A stretch of 64,000 nt of DNA from Sphyrna mokarran (Eukaryota), in the NCBI GenBank assembly GCA_024679065.1, contig JAGIQG010000003.1, positions 25,916,001-25,980,000 of the forward strand, given 5' to 3'. The notes beneath the pieces were generated by a model that saw only the letters and a list, made by a program, of their open reading frames with translations, searched no databases and had not been told where the DNA came from. This document shows positions 13,159 through 27,051 of this stretch, piece after piece. The position numbers and the translations under genes were made by a program. Position 1 is the stretch's first letter; the number at the start of each line of letters is the position of its first letter.

Positions 13159-13937
13159 CTGTAGGAAAAAGTCAATTCATGAGTATATCTGTGTCATTTC
13201 AGACCTCATGGGAACTTACCACTATAAATTTATTCTTTGTTTCAAGCTCAGAGAAGGGTTACAAACTCCAGCTGATGAGCCTGGGCAAGTAGCCGAACCA
13301 TCAAGTTGCAGTGATAGTAGTGAAGGAACAAGTACCTCAAGGGATTAGGGCCATTCAGCCAACTCAATTGTATGAAAGGGACTTGTGTTTCAGTAACTGA
13401 ATGTTTTTTGGCCAGCTCACATTGTTCAATACTCACTGAAATACAAACATACTTGTTTGACATTTCAAACAAGCAACAGGAGAGGAAAGAGCGATACTGC
13501 AAACTGTGTGGGAACAAGCAGTGATCTCAAACTGATCATTGTGATTAACATATTGCTTCTCTTGGTGTGAACATTCTGCTCCTTCCCTGATCACGATATT
13601 ACAATTCGACTGCCATTGACGTTAAACAATAAGCAACACAGAAAATTGGCAATTCCAGAAGTGCAAAGTGCATTTCAATGATCCAAAATTCTAAATCATA
13701 ATTGCAATGTTCTAACTAAGTATGCCTTTTCTGCAATGGAAATCACAATTTTCAAGCAAAATGTAATTATGTCTTGCTGGCAGATTATTGTCATTCACCT
13801 CTTATTGTTTAACTATGAAGCAACAGGGAGTGTTTGTTTGTAGCAGTCAAGAACATGCAGGACTTTGAGAAGGTTTAGACGCAGTATAATTTGAGCATCA
13901 CTCTTTCTGAGAATCTGAATGTTTGAAGACTTCCTAC

Positions 13938-14055
13938 CATCGCAAAGAGAAACAACTGTCACAATAGTGCTAAATACAGGCTGGCAACTGCAATTGCAGC
14001 TTCCAATTGTATTGGTACAGATTTGTTGAAGTGTTGGTTGCACATTCATTGATAT
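13938..14055 (-). pseudogene. cbEGF exon 14, 8-nt deletion, frameshift to stop
   Basis: 118 nt; reads [28 protein letters not shown]; AG/GT retained. Confidence 0.85.
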
Positions 14056-14820
14056 CTGCAGAATAAAGTCCATCCAAGAATGCATCAGTGTCTTTCAGAC
14101 GTCAGGCTATTAGCCAACAAGCCATTTTCTTATCCTTGCCAGTCCCAGATAAGGTTCACAAACTCCAGCCTATCACATTTGACTATTGAAATAACCGACA
14201 ACTGCCAGTGGTGATGGTGAAGGAACTATTGGCTCAAGGGACATGGATTGTTTATCCATCTATAGTCTAGGAGATGTATTTGCATTTCATTAATCACATT
14301 TTTTGAAGACAATTCATATTGTTCAGTGTGCACTAAAATTGATATTTGATATTTTTAATGAGTAACGGAAAAAGAAAGCACATTACTGCAAGCTGTGATA
14401 AATAGGTCTGAAGTCTCAGACGAATCGTTGTGACTAACATATTGACTCTCTTGACGTGAATATTCTGCTGCTTGAATTATTGGGATACAACTTTCCTTCT
14501 CCATTGATGCTTACAATAACCAAACCAAAAAAATGCTATGTTCAGAAGTGCAAGGCAAGGCATTTGATCCACAAGTTGATTCATTGGTCCAAAATTCTGA
14601 ACAATATTTGCAATTTCCTAGCAGTCTATAAAATTCATACAATGGAATCCATATAATTCTTTCAGACAGACAGATTATTTTCATTCGCCTCTTTATTTTT
14701 AATTATGAAGCCAGCTTATTTATGACCATCTAGAATATGATAGAAATTGAGGGAGTTAAGACTAAGCATAATTTGCAAATCAATAGTTTCCAAGAATTTG
14801 TGTTTTTGAAGGTTTCCTAC

Positions 14821-14946
14821 CATCACAAAGAGAACTGTTTGTCACATTGATGCTGAACCCAGGCTGGCAACTACAACTGAAACTTCCAATTGTATTGGTG
14901 CAGATTTGTTGACAGGTTGAAGTGTTGGTGGCACATTCATCAATAT
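14821..14946 (-). CDS. cbEGF exon 15
   Basis: 126 nt, canonical AG/GT, 6 Cys. Confidence 0.85.
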
Positions 14947-15635
14947 CTGCAGGAAAAAATCAATTTGTGAATATTTCTGTGTTATTTCGGATCTCAGGAA
15001 ATCTTGAAACTACCATTATCTTATTTGTTCCAGGCCTAAGGAATGGTAACATGCTATGGCTTACAAAACATGGCCAGTGGCTGAACGATCAAATTCCAGT
15101 GCTGATGGTAAAGGAACCAGTGTCCCTAAGAACAAAAGCTATTTGTCTACCTCAGTTGTATGAAAGGGACTGTGTTTCATTGACTGAATGTCTTACAGTC
15201 AGCTCACGTTGTTCAATGCTCACTGAAATTCAGACAGGGCATTTCTAACAAGCACTGGGAGAAGAAAAAGTGACACTGCAAATTGTGCAGAAAAGAGCAA
15301 ACACCTCAAACAGATCACTGTGATTGATATATTGGGGGCAAGTCCAGAAGTGAAAATTACATGCCATTAATCCAAAATTCCCAAATCACTATTACAATGT
15401 TGTAAATGAGTATCAATTTTCTACAATGGAAACCTTAATCAGCAATCAAAATGTAATTACTTTTTACAGACAGATTATTTTCTTTAACCTCTTACTGCTT
15501 AACTGCAAAGCAGCAGTAAGTATTTGTCCCTTGCAGCGTAGAATATGCAGGATATGCAGGATTTCGAGAGTTTAGACTTTGTGTGATTTGCGAATCAACC
15601 ATTTCTGAGAATCTGAATGTTCTAAGATTTCCTAC

Positions 15636-15761
15636 CGTCACAAAGAGAAGTGTTTGTCACATTGGTGCTGAACCCAGGCTGGCAACTGCAATTGAAACTT
15701 CCAACTATATTGGTGCAGGTTTGTTGACAGGTTGAAGTGTTGGTTGCACATTCGTCAATAT
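15636..15761 (-). CDS. cbEGF exon 16
   Basis: 126 nt, canonical AG/GT, 6 Cys; lies within ORF 15622..15855. Confidence 0.85.
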
Positions 15762-16028
15762 CTGCAAATAAAATCCAAGAATGTATCAGTGTCATTTCAG
15801 AGATCTGGCTGTTTGCCAACTGCCATTTTCTTATCCATGCCAGTTCCAGATTCACAAGCTATAGCCTATCAGATTTGGCCAGTATCAGATAACTCGCAAA
15901 TTCCACAGTTGATGGTGAAGAACTATTAATTCAAGAGGCAAAGGTTGTTTACCCATCTGTATTCTAACAAAAAGATTAGTGTTTCATTAATCACGTATGT
16001 TGAGGTCAATTCATATTGTGCACTGAAA

Positions 16029-16684
16029 GTGGGTGAGGCTCATTGTATCGTCGATATCTGTAAAAAGAAGTAAATTTGTGAGTGTATCTGTGCCATACCA
16101 GACAGACCTCAGGGAATTTTACAAGTACCATTGTGGGTCCTGCTGCCACTTTACATTGGGGTTGGTCAGGTCTAGAAGGAGATCAGAAATCATGGCAGAC
16201 TGGGAGGAGGTGGGTAGTGGTCTGCTGTGGGGGTCTGCTTCCCAAGGGTGGTGTCTTCCAGGGTGGGGGAATCGTCAAAGGTGGCAGGATGGTGTTGGAG
16301 ATTGGGGCACTTTGGAATTGGGGTGGCAGGGGGAGGGTGCAGCGGGATAGGCCTGGGAATGCTTTGAGGGTCGCAAATGTGCCGTAGGTGGCTTTGGAGA
16401 GGCAGCACTTTGGGAGTCTTGGGTTTGGCAGCTATAGACCTGACCAGCAAAGTGCAGGCTGCCGTATCGGGGCCACCGTACATGCAGAGTTCCAGAATTG
16501 TCAGTCTCTGGTTGAATAGGCCCTGCCTCTCGTCCCAAGCTTTCAATGATATTCACGATTGTGACCTCTGCACTGCACAGGGTATGGTCAATCCAAGTCT
16601 GAATTCCCACTGAAAAATCAAGCATGAATTACACAATTTTACCCAACAATTCAGCATTTATTCATTTTTGGGAGAATCACTCCC
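16029..16684. mobile_element. GC-rich MITE-like insert (family 1), higher-order repeat copy 2
   Basis: Paralogue of 11087-11752. Confidence 0.65.
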
Positions 16685-17058
16685 ATTGACTCTCTTGGCA
16701 CGAACGTTCTGCTACTTCACTGACTGGAATACCACAATCATCGCCATTGATGCTACACAATAACCAAACCAGAAAATTGCCATGTCAGGATGTGCAAGGC
16801 ACTGATCCAAAACATGGTCCATTGATCCAAAATTCTGAATCATAATTGCAATTTCCAAGCAGTTACGAAATTAGTACAATGGAACCTGTAGGCTGCAAGC
16901 AAAGTATAATTATTTTATACAAGCAGATTATTTTCATTCACCTCTTATTGTTTAATTAGAAAGCTATCTGGAATATGATAGAAATTGAGAGCATGGAGGC
17001 TAAACATAATTTGTAAATCAATTGTTTACAAGAATTTGTGTTTTTGAAGTTTTCCTAC

Positions 17059-17184
17059 CATCACAAAGAGAAGTATTTGTCACATTGGTGCGAAAGCCAG
17101 ACTGGCAACTGCAATTCAAACTTCCAATTGTGTTGGTGCAGATTTGTTGACAAGTTGAAGTGTTGGTTGCACATTCATCGATAT
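17059..17184 (-). CDS. cbEGF exon 17 (copy of exon 12)
   Basis: 126 nt, canonical AG/GT. Confidence 0.8.
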
Positions 17185-17964
17185 CTGTAGAAAGATGTCA
17201 ATTTGTGGTGTTTATCAGTGCTATATCGGACCTCAGGGAATCTTGCAACTACCGTTTTGTTGTTCGTTCTAGGCTGAGGGAAGGGTTAAAAGCTTCAGCT
17301 TAGGAACTGTGACCATCAAATTCGAGTGATAATGGTGAAGAAACAAGTGGCACAGAGGTCATGAGCTGTTTATCCACCTGTATTCTTAGAAAAGGGCTAG
17401 CGTTTCATGAATCACGTTCTTTGAGGTCAATTCATATTGCTCAGTGCGCACTGAAATTTGACATTTCTAATGAGCAATGGAACTCGAACTCCTGTTACTG
17501 CAAGCTGTGATAAAGAGGTCTGAGGTCTCAAACAGATTACTATGACTAACATATTGACCCTCTTGGCATGAACATTCTGCTACTTCTCTAATTGAGAAAC
17601 CACATTTCATCCCCATTAATGCTTAAAACTCATCAACCCAAACAAATGTTGTGTCCAGAACTGAAAAACACTTCCATCTCCAGAACTGCAAAGCACTTGA
17701 TCTAAAACCTGATCTGTTGATCCAAAATTGTGAGTCATAATTGCAGTTTCCAAGCAGTCTATGAAATTAGTACAATGGAACCTGTGGACTGCAAGCCAAG
17801 TAAAATTATTTCATGCAGTTTGTTTTCATTCACCTCTTACTATTTAAATGTGAAGCCATTGTGAGCTTGTTTACAGACATCTAAAGTATGGTGGAAATTG
17901 AGAGGATTCAGAAATAGTGTAAATCAACAGTTTCAGGGAATCTGAACGTTTGATGATTTCCTAC

Positions 17965-18090
17965 CATCACAAAGAGAAGTGTTTGCCACGTTGATGTTAA
18001 ATCCAGGCTGGCAACTGCAACTGAAGCTTCCAATTGTATTGGTGCAGATTTGTTGACAGGTTGAAGAGTTGGTTGCACATTCATCGATAT
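17965..18090 (-). CDS. cbEGF exon 18 (copy of exon 13)
   Basis: 126 nt, canonical AG/GT. Confidence 0.85.
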
Positions 18091-18869
18091 CTGTAGGAAA
18101 AAGTCAATTCATGAGTATATCTGTGTCATTTCAGACCTCATGGGAACTTACCACTATAAATTTATTCTTTGTTTCAAGCTCAGAGAAGGGTTACAAACTC
18201 CAGCTGATGAGCCTGGGCAAGTAGCCGAACCATCAAGTTGCAGTGATAGTAGTGAAGGAACAAGTACCTCAAGGGATTAGGGCCATTCAGCCAACTCAAT
18301 TGTATGAAAGGGACTTGTGTTTCAGTAACTGAATGTTTTTTGGCCAGCTCACATTGTTCAATACTCACTGAAATACAAACATACTTGTTTGACATTTCAA
18401 ACAAGCAACAGGAGAGGAAAGAGCGATACTGCAAACTGTGTGGGAACAAGCAGTGATCTCAAACTGATCATTGTGATTAACATATTGCTTCTCTTGGTGT
18501 GAACATTCTGCTCCTTCCCTGATCACGATATTACAATTCGACTGCCATTGACGTTAAACAATAAGCAACACAGAAAATTGGCAATTCCAGAAGTGCAAAG
18601 TGCATTTCAATGATCCAAAATTCTAAATCATAATTGCAATGTTCTAACTAAGTATGCCTTTTCTGCAATGGAAATCACAATTTTCAAGCAAAATGTAATT
18701 ATGTCTTGCTGGCAGATTATTGTCATTCACCTCTTATTGTTTAACTATGAAGCAACAGGGAGTGTTTGTTTGTAGCAGTCAAGAACATGCAGGACTTTGA
18801 GAAGGTTTAGACGCAGTATAATTTGAGCATCACTCTTTCTGAGAATCTGAATGTTTGAAGACTTCCTAC

Positions 18870-18987
18870 CATCGCAAAGAGAAACAACTGTCACAATAGT
18901 GCTAAATACAGGCTGGCAACTGCAATTGCAGCTTCCAATTGTATTGGTACAGATTTGTTGAAGTGTTGGTTGCACATTCATTGATAT
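18870..18987 (-). pseudogene. cbEGF exon 19, 8-nt deletion frameshift (copy of exon 14)
   Basis: 118 nt, premature TAG, AG/GT retained. Confidence 0.85.
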
Positions 18988-19752
18988 CTGCAGAATAAAG
19001 TCCATCCAAGAATGCATCAGTGTCTTTCAGACGTCAGGCTATTAGCCAACAAGCCATTTTCTTATCCTTGCCAGTCCCAGATAAGGTTCACAAACTCCAG
19101 CCTATCACATTTGACTATTGAAATAACCGACAACTGCCAGTGGTGATGGTGAAGGAACTATTGGCTCAAGGGACATGGATTGTTTATCCATCTATAGTCT
19201 AGGAGATGTATTTGCATTTCATTAATCACATTTTTTGAAGACAATTCATATTGTTCAGTGTGCACTAAAATTGATATTTGATATTTTTAATGAGTAACGG
19301 AAAAAGAAAGCACATTACTGCAAGCTGTGATAAATAGGTCTGAAGTCTCAGACGAATCGTTGTGACTAACATATTGACTCTCTTGACGTGAATATTCTGC
19401 TGCTTGAATTATTGGGATACAACTTTCCTTCTACATTGATGCTTACAATAACCAAACCAAAAAAATGCTATGTTCAGAAGTGCAAGGCAAGGCATTTGAT
19501 CCACAAGTTGATTCATTGGTCCAAAATTCTGAACAATATTTGCAATTTCCTAGCAGTCTATAAAATTCATACAATGGAATCCATATAATTCTTTCAGACA
19601 GACAGATTATTTTCATTCGCCTCTTTATTTTTAATTATGAAGCCAGCTTATTTATGACCATCTAGAATATGATAGAAATTGAGGGAGTTAAGACTAAGCA
19701 TAATTTGCAAATCAATAGTTTCCAAGAATTTGTGTTTTTGAAGGTTTCCTAC

Positions 19753-19878
19753 CATCACAAAGAGAACTGTTTGTCACATTGATGCTGAACCCAGGCTGGC
19801 AACTACAACTGAAACTTCCAATTGTATTGGTGCAGATTTGTTGACAGGTTGAAGTGTTGGTGGCACATTCATCAATAT
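19753..19878 (-). CDS. cbEGF exon 20 (copy of exon 15)
   Basis: 126 nt, canonical AG/GT. Confidence 0.85.
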
Positions 19879-20567
19879 CTGCAGGAAAAAATCAATTTGT
19901 GAATATTTCTGTGTTATTTCGGATCTCAGGAAATCTTGAAACTACCATTATCTTATTTGTTCCAGGCCTAAGGAATGGTAACATGCTATGGCTTACAAAA
20001 CATGGCCAGTGGCTGAACGATCAAATTCCAGTGCTGATGGTAAAGGAACCAGTGTCCCTAAGAACAAAAGCTATTTGTCTACCTCAGTTGTATGAAAGGG
20101 ACTGTGTTTCATTGACTGAATGTCTTCTGCTCAGCTCACGTTGTTCAATGCTCACTGAAATTCAGACAGGGCATTTCTAACAAGCACTGGGAGAAGAAAA
20201 AGTGACACTGCAAATTGTGCAGAAAAGAGCAAACACCTCAAACAGATCACTGTGATTGATATATTGGGGGCAAGTCCAGAAGTGAAAATTACATGCCATT
20301 AATCCAAAATTCCCAAATCACTATTACAATGTTGTAAATGAGTATCAATTTTCTACAATGGAAACCTTAATCAGCAATCAAAATGTAATTACTTTTTACA
20401 GACAGATTATTTTCTTTAACCTCTTACTGCTTAACTGCAAAGCAGCAGTAAGTATTTGTCCCTTGCAGCGTAGAATATGCAGGATATGCAGGATTTCGAG
20501 AGTTTAGACTTTGTGTGATTTGCGAATCAACCATTTCTGAGAATCTGAATGTTCTAAGATTTCCTAC

Positions 20568-20693
20568 CGTCACAAAGAGAAGTGTTTGTCACATTGGTGC
20601 TGAACCCAGGCTGGCAACTGCAATTGAAACTTCCAACTATATTGGTGCAGGTTTGTTGACAGGTTGAAGTGTTGGTTGCACATTCGTCAATAT
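20568..20693 (-). CDS. cbEGF exon 21 (copy of exon 16)
   Basis: 126 nt, canonical AG/GT. Confidence 0.85.
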
Positions 20694-20960
20694 CTGCAAA
20701 TAAAATCCAAGAATGTATCAGTGTCATTTCAGAGATCTGGCTGTTTGCCAACTGCCATTTTCTTATCCATGCCAGTTCCAGATTCACAAGCTATAGCCTA
20801 TCAGATTTGGCCAGTATCAGATAACTCGCAAATTCCACAGTTGATGGTGAAGAACTATTAATTCAAGAGGCAAAGGTTGTTTACCCATCTGTATTCTAAC
20901 AAAAAGATTAGTGTTTCATTAATCACGTATGTTGAGGTCAATTCATATTGTGCACTGAAA

Positions 20961-21616
20961 GTGGGTGAGGCTCATTGTATCGTCGATATCTGTAAAAAGA
21001 AGTAAATTTGTGAGTGTATCTGTGCCATACCAGACAGACCTCAGGGAATTTTACAAGTACCATTGTGGGTCCTGCTGCCACTTTACATTGGGGTTGGTCA
21101 GGTCTAGAAGGAGATCAGAAATCATGGCAGACTGGGAGGAGGTGGGTAGTGGTCTGCTGTGGGGGTCTGCTTCCCAAGGGTGGTGTCTTCCAGGGTGGGG
21201 GAATCGTCAAAGGTGGCAGGATGGTGTTGGAGATTGGGGCACTTTGGAATTGGGGTGGCAGGGGGAGGGTGCAGCGGGATAGGCCTGGGAATGCTTTGAG
21301 GGTCGCAAATGTGCCGTAGGTGGCTTTGGAGAGGCAGCACTTTGGGAGTCTTGGGTTTGGCAGCTATAGACCTGACCAGCAAAGTGCAGGCTGCCGTATC
21401 GGGGCCACCGTACATGCAGAGTTCCAGAATTGTCAGTCTCTGGTTGAATAGGCCCTGCCTCTCGTCCCAAGCTTTCAATGATATTCACGATTGTGACCTC
21501 TGCACTGCACAGGGTATGGTCAATCCAAGTCTGAATTCCCACTGAAAAATCAAGCATGAATTACACAATTTTACCCAACAATTCAGCATTTATTCATTTT
21601 TGGGAGAATCACTCCC
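20961..21616. mobile_element. GC-rich MITE-like insert (family 1), higher-order repeat copy 3
   Basis: Paralogue of 16029-16684 at +4932. Confidence 0.65.
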
Positions 21617-21990
21617 ATTGACTCTCTTGGCACGAACGTTCTGCTACTTCACTGACTGGAATACCACAATCATCGCCATTGATGCTACACAATAACCAAA
21701 CCAGAAAATTGCCATGTCAGGATGTGCAAGGCACTGATCCAAAACATGGTCCATTGATCCAAAATTCTGAATCATAATTGCAATTTCCAAGCAGTTACGA
21801 AATTAGTACAATGGAACCTGTAGGCTGCAAGCAAAGTATAATTATTTTATACAAGCAGATTATTTTCATTCACCTCTTATTGTTTAATTAGAAAGCTATC
21901 TGGAATATGATAGAAATTGAGAGCATGGAGGCTAAACATAATTTGTAAATCAATTGTTTACAAGAATTTGTGTTTTTGAAGTTTTCCTAC

Positions 21991-22116
21991 CATCACAAAG
22001 AGAAGTATTTGTCACATTGGTGCGAAAGCCAGACTGGCAACTGCAATTCAAACTTCCAATTGTGTTGGTGCAGATTTGTTGACAAGTTGAAGTGTTGGTT
22101 GCACATTCATCGATAT
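21991..22116 (-). CDS. cbEGF exon 22 (copy of exon 12)
   Basis: 126 nt, canonical AG/GT. Confidence 0.8.
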
Positions 22117-22896
22117 CTGTAGAAAGATGTCAATTTGTGGTGTTTATCAGTGCTATATCGGACCTCAGGGAATCTTGCAACTACCGTTTTGTTGTTCGTT
22201 CTAGGCTGAGGGAAGGGTTAAAAGCTTCAGCTTAGGAACTGTGACCATCAAATTCGAGTGATAATGGTGAAGAAACAAGTGGCACAGAGGTCATGAGCTG
22301 TTTATCCACCTGTATTCTTAGAAAAGGGCTAGCGTTTCATGAATCACGTTCTTTGAGGTCAATTCATATTGCTCAGTGCGCACTGAAATTTGACATTTCT
22401 AATGAGCAATGGAACTCGAACTCCTGTTACTGCAAGCTGTGATAAAGAGGTCTGAGGTCTCAAACAGATTACTATGACTAACATATTGACCCTCTTGGCA
22501 TGAACATTCTGCTACTTCTCTAATTGAGAAACCACATTTCATCCCCATTAATGCTTAAAACTCATCAACCCAAACAAATGTTGTGTCCAGAACTGAAAAA
22601 CACTTCCATCTCCAGAACTGCAAAGCACTTGATCTAAAACCTGATCTGTTGATCCAAAATTGTGAGTCATAATTGCAGTTTCCAAGCAGTCTATGAAATT
22701 AGTACAATGGAACCTGTGGACTGCAAGCCAAGTAAAATTATTTCATGCAGTTTGTTTTCATTCACCTCTTACTATTTAAATGTGAAGCCATTGTGAGCTT
22801 GTTTACAGACATCTAAAGTATGGTGGAAATTGAGAGGATTCAGAAATAGTGTAAATCAACAGTTTCAGGGAATCTGAACGTTTGATGATTTCCTAC

Positions 22897-23022
22897 CATC
22901 ACAAAGAGAAGTGTTTGCCACGTTGATGTTAAATCCAGGCTGGCAACTGCAACTGAAGCTTCCAATTGTATTGGTGCAGATTTGTTGACAGGTTGAAGAG
23001 TTGGTTGCACATTCATCGATAT
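22897..23022 (-). CDS. cbEGF exon 23 (copy of exon 13)
   Basis: 126 nt, canonical AG/GT. Confidence 0.85.
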
Positions 23023-23801
23023 CTGTAGGAAAAAGTCAATTCATGAGTATATCTGTGTCATTTCAGACCTCATGGGAACTTACCACTATAAATTTATTCT
23101 TTGTTTCAAGCTCAGAGAAGGGTTACAAACTCCAGCTGATGAGCCTGGGCAAGTAGCCGAACCATCAAGTTGCAGTGATAGTAGTGAAGGAACAAGTACC
23201 TCAAGGGATTAGGGCCATTCAGCCAACTCAATTGTATGAAAGGGACTTGTGTTTCAGTAACTGAATGTTTTTTGGCCAGCTCACATTGTTCAATACTCAC
23301 TGAAATACAAACATACTTGTTTGACATTTCAAACAAGCAACAGGAGAGGAAAGAGCGATACTGCAAACTGTGTGGGAACAAGCAGTGATCTCAAACTGAT
23401 CATTGTGATTAACATATTGCTTCTCTTGGTGTGAACATTCTGCTCCTTCCCTGATCACGATATTACAATTCGACTGCCATTGACGTTAAACAATAAGCAA
23501 CACAGAAAATTGGCAATTCCAGAAGTGCAAAGTGCATTTCAATGATCCAAAATTCTAAATCATAATTGCAATGTTCTAACTAAGTATGCCTTTTCTGCAA
23601 TGGAAATCACAATTTTCAAGCAAAATGTAATTATGTCTTGCTGGCAGATTATTGTCATTCACCTCTTATTGTTTAACTATGAAGCAACAGGGAGTGTTTG
23701 TTTGTAGCAGTCAAGAACATGCAGGACTTTGAGAAGGTTTAGACGCAGTATAATTTGAGCATCACTCTTTCTGAGAATCTGAATGTTTGAAGACTTCCTA
23801 C

Positions 23802-23919
23802 CATCGCAAAGAGAAACAACTGTCACAATAGTGCTAAATACAGGCTGGCAACTGCAATTGCAGCTTCCAATTGTATTGGTACAGATTTGTTGAAGTGTTG
23901 GTTGCACATTCATTGATAT
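23802..23919 (-). pseudogene. cbEGF exon 24, 8-nt deletion frameshift
   Basis: 118 nt, premature TAG, AG/GT retained. Confidence 0.85.
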
Positions 23920-24684
23920 CTGCAGAATAAAGTCCATCCAAGAATGCATCAGTGTCTTTCAGACGTCAGGCTATTAGCCAACAAGCCATTTTCTTATCCT
24001 TGCCAGTCCCAGATAAGGTTCACAAACTCCAGCCTATCACATTTGACTATTGAAATAACCGACAACTGCCAGTGGTGATGGTGAAGGAACTATTGGCTCA
24101 AGGGACATGGATTGTTTATCCATCTATAGTCTAGGAGATGTATTTGCATTTCATTAATCACATTTTTTGAAGACAATTCATATTGTTCAGTGTGCACTAA
24201 AATTGATATTTGATATTTTTAATGAGTAACGGAAAAAGAAAGCACATTACTGCAAGCTGTGATAAATAGGTCTGAAGTCTCAGACGAATCGTTGTGACTA
24301 ACATATTGACTCTCTTGACGTGAATATTCTGCTGCTTGAATTATTGGGATACAACTTTCCTTCTCCATTGATGCTTACAATAACCAAACCAAAAAAATGC
24401 TATGTTCAGAAGTGCAAGGCAAGGCATTTGATCCACAAGTTGATTCATTGGTCCAAAATTCTGAACAATATTTGCAATTTCCTAGCAGTCTATAAAATTC
24501 ATACAATGGAATCCATATAATTCTTTCAGACAGACAGATTATTTTCATTCGCCTCTTTATTTTTAATTATGAAGCCAGCTTATTTATGACCATCTAGAAT
24601 ATGATAGAAATTGAGGGAGTTAAGACTAAGCATAATTTGCAAATCAATAGTTTCCAAGAATTTGTGTTTTTGAAGGTTTCCTAC

Positions 24685-24810
24685 CATCACAAAGAGAACT
24701 GTTTGTCACATTGATGCTGAACCCAGGCTGGCAACTACAACTGAAACTTCCAATTGTATTGGTGCAGATTTGTTGACAGGTTGAAGTGTTGGTGGCACAT
24801 TCATCAATAT
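24685..24810 (-). CDS. cbEGF exon 25 (copy of exon 15)
   Basis: 126 nt, canonical AG/GT. Confidence 0.85.
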
Positions 24811-25498
24811 CTGCAGGAAAAAATCAATTTGTGAATATTTCTGTGTTATTTCGGATCTCAGGAAATCTTGAAACTACCATTATCTTATTTGTTCCAGGCC
24901 TAAGGAATGGTAACATGCTATGGCTTACAAAACATGGCCAGTGGCTGAACGATCAAATTCCAGTGCTGATGGTAAAGGAACCAGTGTCCCTAAGAACAAA
25001 AGCTATTTGTCTACCTCAGTTGTATGAAAGGGACTGTGTTTCATTGACTGAATGTCTTACGGTCAGCTCACGTTGTTCAATGCTCACTGAAATTCAGACA
25101 GGGATTTCTAACAAGCACTGGGAGAAGAAAAGGTGACACTGCAAATTGTGCAGAAAAGAACAAACAACTCAAACAGATCACTGTGATTGATATATTGGGG
25201 GCAAGTCCAGAAGTGAAAATTACATGCCATTAATCCAAAATTCCCAAATCACTATTACAATGTTTTAACTGAGTATCAATTTTCTACAATGGAAACCTTA
25301 ATCAGCAATCAAAATGTAATTACTTCTTACAGGCAGATTATTTTCTTTAACCTCTTACTGCTTAACTGCAAAACAGCGGTAAGTGTTTGTTCCTTGCAGC
25401 GTAGAATATGCAGGATATGCAGGACTTCGAGAGTTTAGACTTTGTGTGATTTGCAAATCAACTATTTCTGAGAATCTGAATGTTCTAAGATTTCCTAC

Positions 25499-25624
25499 CG
25501 TCACAAAGAGAAGTATTTGTCACATTGGTGCTAAACCCAGGCTGGCAATTGCAATTGAAGCTTCCAATTGTATTCGTGCAGATTTGTTGACAGTTTGAAG
25601 TGTTGGTTGCACATTCGTCAATAT
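25499..25624 (-). CDS. cbEGF exon 26 ([42 protein letters not shown])
   Basis: 126 nt, canonical AG/GT, 6 Cys. Confidence 0.85.
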
Positions 25625-25894
25625 CTGCAAATAAAATCCACCCAAGAATGAATCAGTGTCATTTCAGAGATCTGGATGTTTGCCAACTGCCATTTTCTTA
25701 TCCATGCCAGTTCCAGATTCACAAGCTATAGCCTCTCAGATTTGGCCAGTATCAGATAACTCGCAAATTCCACAGGTGATGGTGAAGAACTATTAATTCA
25801 AGAGGCAAAGGCTGTTTATCCATCTGTATTCTAACAAAAAGATTAGTGTTTCATTAATCACGTATGTTGAGGTCAATCATATTGTGCACTGAAA

Positions 25895-26551
25895 GTGGGT
25901 GAGGCTCATTGTATCATCGATATCTGTACAAAAGAAGTAAATTTGTGAGTGTATCTGTGCCATACCAGACAGACCTCAGGGAATTTTACAAGTACCATTG
26001 TGGGTCCTGCTGCCACTTTACATTGGGGTCGGTCAGGTCTAGAAGGAGATCAGAAATCATGGCAGACTGGGAGGAGGTGGGTAGTGGTCTGCTGTGGGGG
26101 TCTGCTTCCCAAGGGTGGTGTTTTCCAGGGTGGGGGAATCGTCAAAGGTGGCAGGATGGTGTTGGAGATTGGGGCACTTTGGAATTTGGGTGGCGGGGGG
26201 GTAGTGCAGCGGGACAGGCCTGGGAATGCTTTGAGGGTCGCAAATGTGCCGTAGGTGGCTTTGGAGAGGCAGCACTTTGAGAGTCTTGGGTTTGGCAGCT
26301 ATAGACCAGACCAGCAAAGTGCAGGCTGCCGTATCGGGGCCACCGTACATGCAGAGTTCCAGAATTGTCAGTCTCTGGTTGAATAGGCCCTGCCTCTCGT
26401 CCCAAGCTTTCAATGATATTCACGATTGTGACCTCTGCACTGCACAGGGTATGGTCAATCCAAGTCTGAATTCCCACTGAAAAATCAAGCATGAATTACA
26501 CAATTTTACCCAACAATTCAGCATTTATTCATTTTTGGGAGAATCACTCCC
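25895..26551. mobile_element. GC-rich MITE-like insert (family 1), higher-order repeat copy 4
   Basis: Paralogue of 11087-11752. Confidence 0.65.
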
Positions 26552-26925
26552 ATTGACTCTCTTGGCACGAACGTTCTGCTACTTCACTGACTGGGATACC
26601 ACAATCATCGCCATTGATGCTACACAATAACCAAACCAGAAAAATGCCATGTCAGGATGTGCAAGGCACTGATCCAAAACATGGTCCATTGATCCAAAAT
26701 TCTGAATCATAATTGCAATTTCCAAGCAGTTACGAAATTAGTACCATGGAACCTGTAGGCTGCAAGCAAAGTATAATTATTTTATACAAGCAGATTATTT
26801 TCATTCACCTCTTATTGTTTAATTAGAAAGCTATCTGGAATATGATAGAAATTGAGAGCATGGAGGCTAAACATAATTTGTAAATCAATTGTTTACAAGA
26901 ATTTGTGTTTTTGAAGTTTTCCTAC

Positions 26926-27051
26926 CATCACAAAGAGAAGTATTTGTCACATTGGTGCGAAAGCCAGACTGGCAACTGCAATTCAAACTTCCAATTGTGT
27001 TGGTGCAGATTTGTTGACAAGTTGAAGTGTTGGTTGCACATTCATCGATAT
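26926..27051 (-). CDS. cbEGF exon 27 (copy of exon 12)
   Basis: 126 nt, canonical AG/GT. Confidence 0.8.

Noticed and set aside
8445-26492. Many 60-150 aa ORFs on both strands in the GC-rich blocks (e.g. 8541..8987, 11003..11455, 16190..16546)
   Set aside because: They lie inside non-coding MITE-like inserts, change frame between paralogous copies and show no domain motifs; they recur only because of the duplication.
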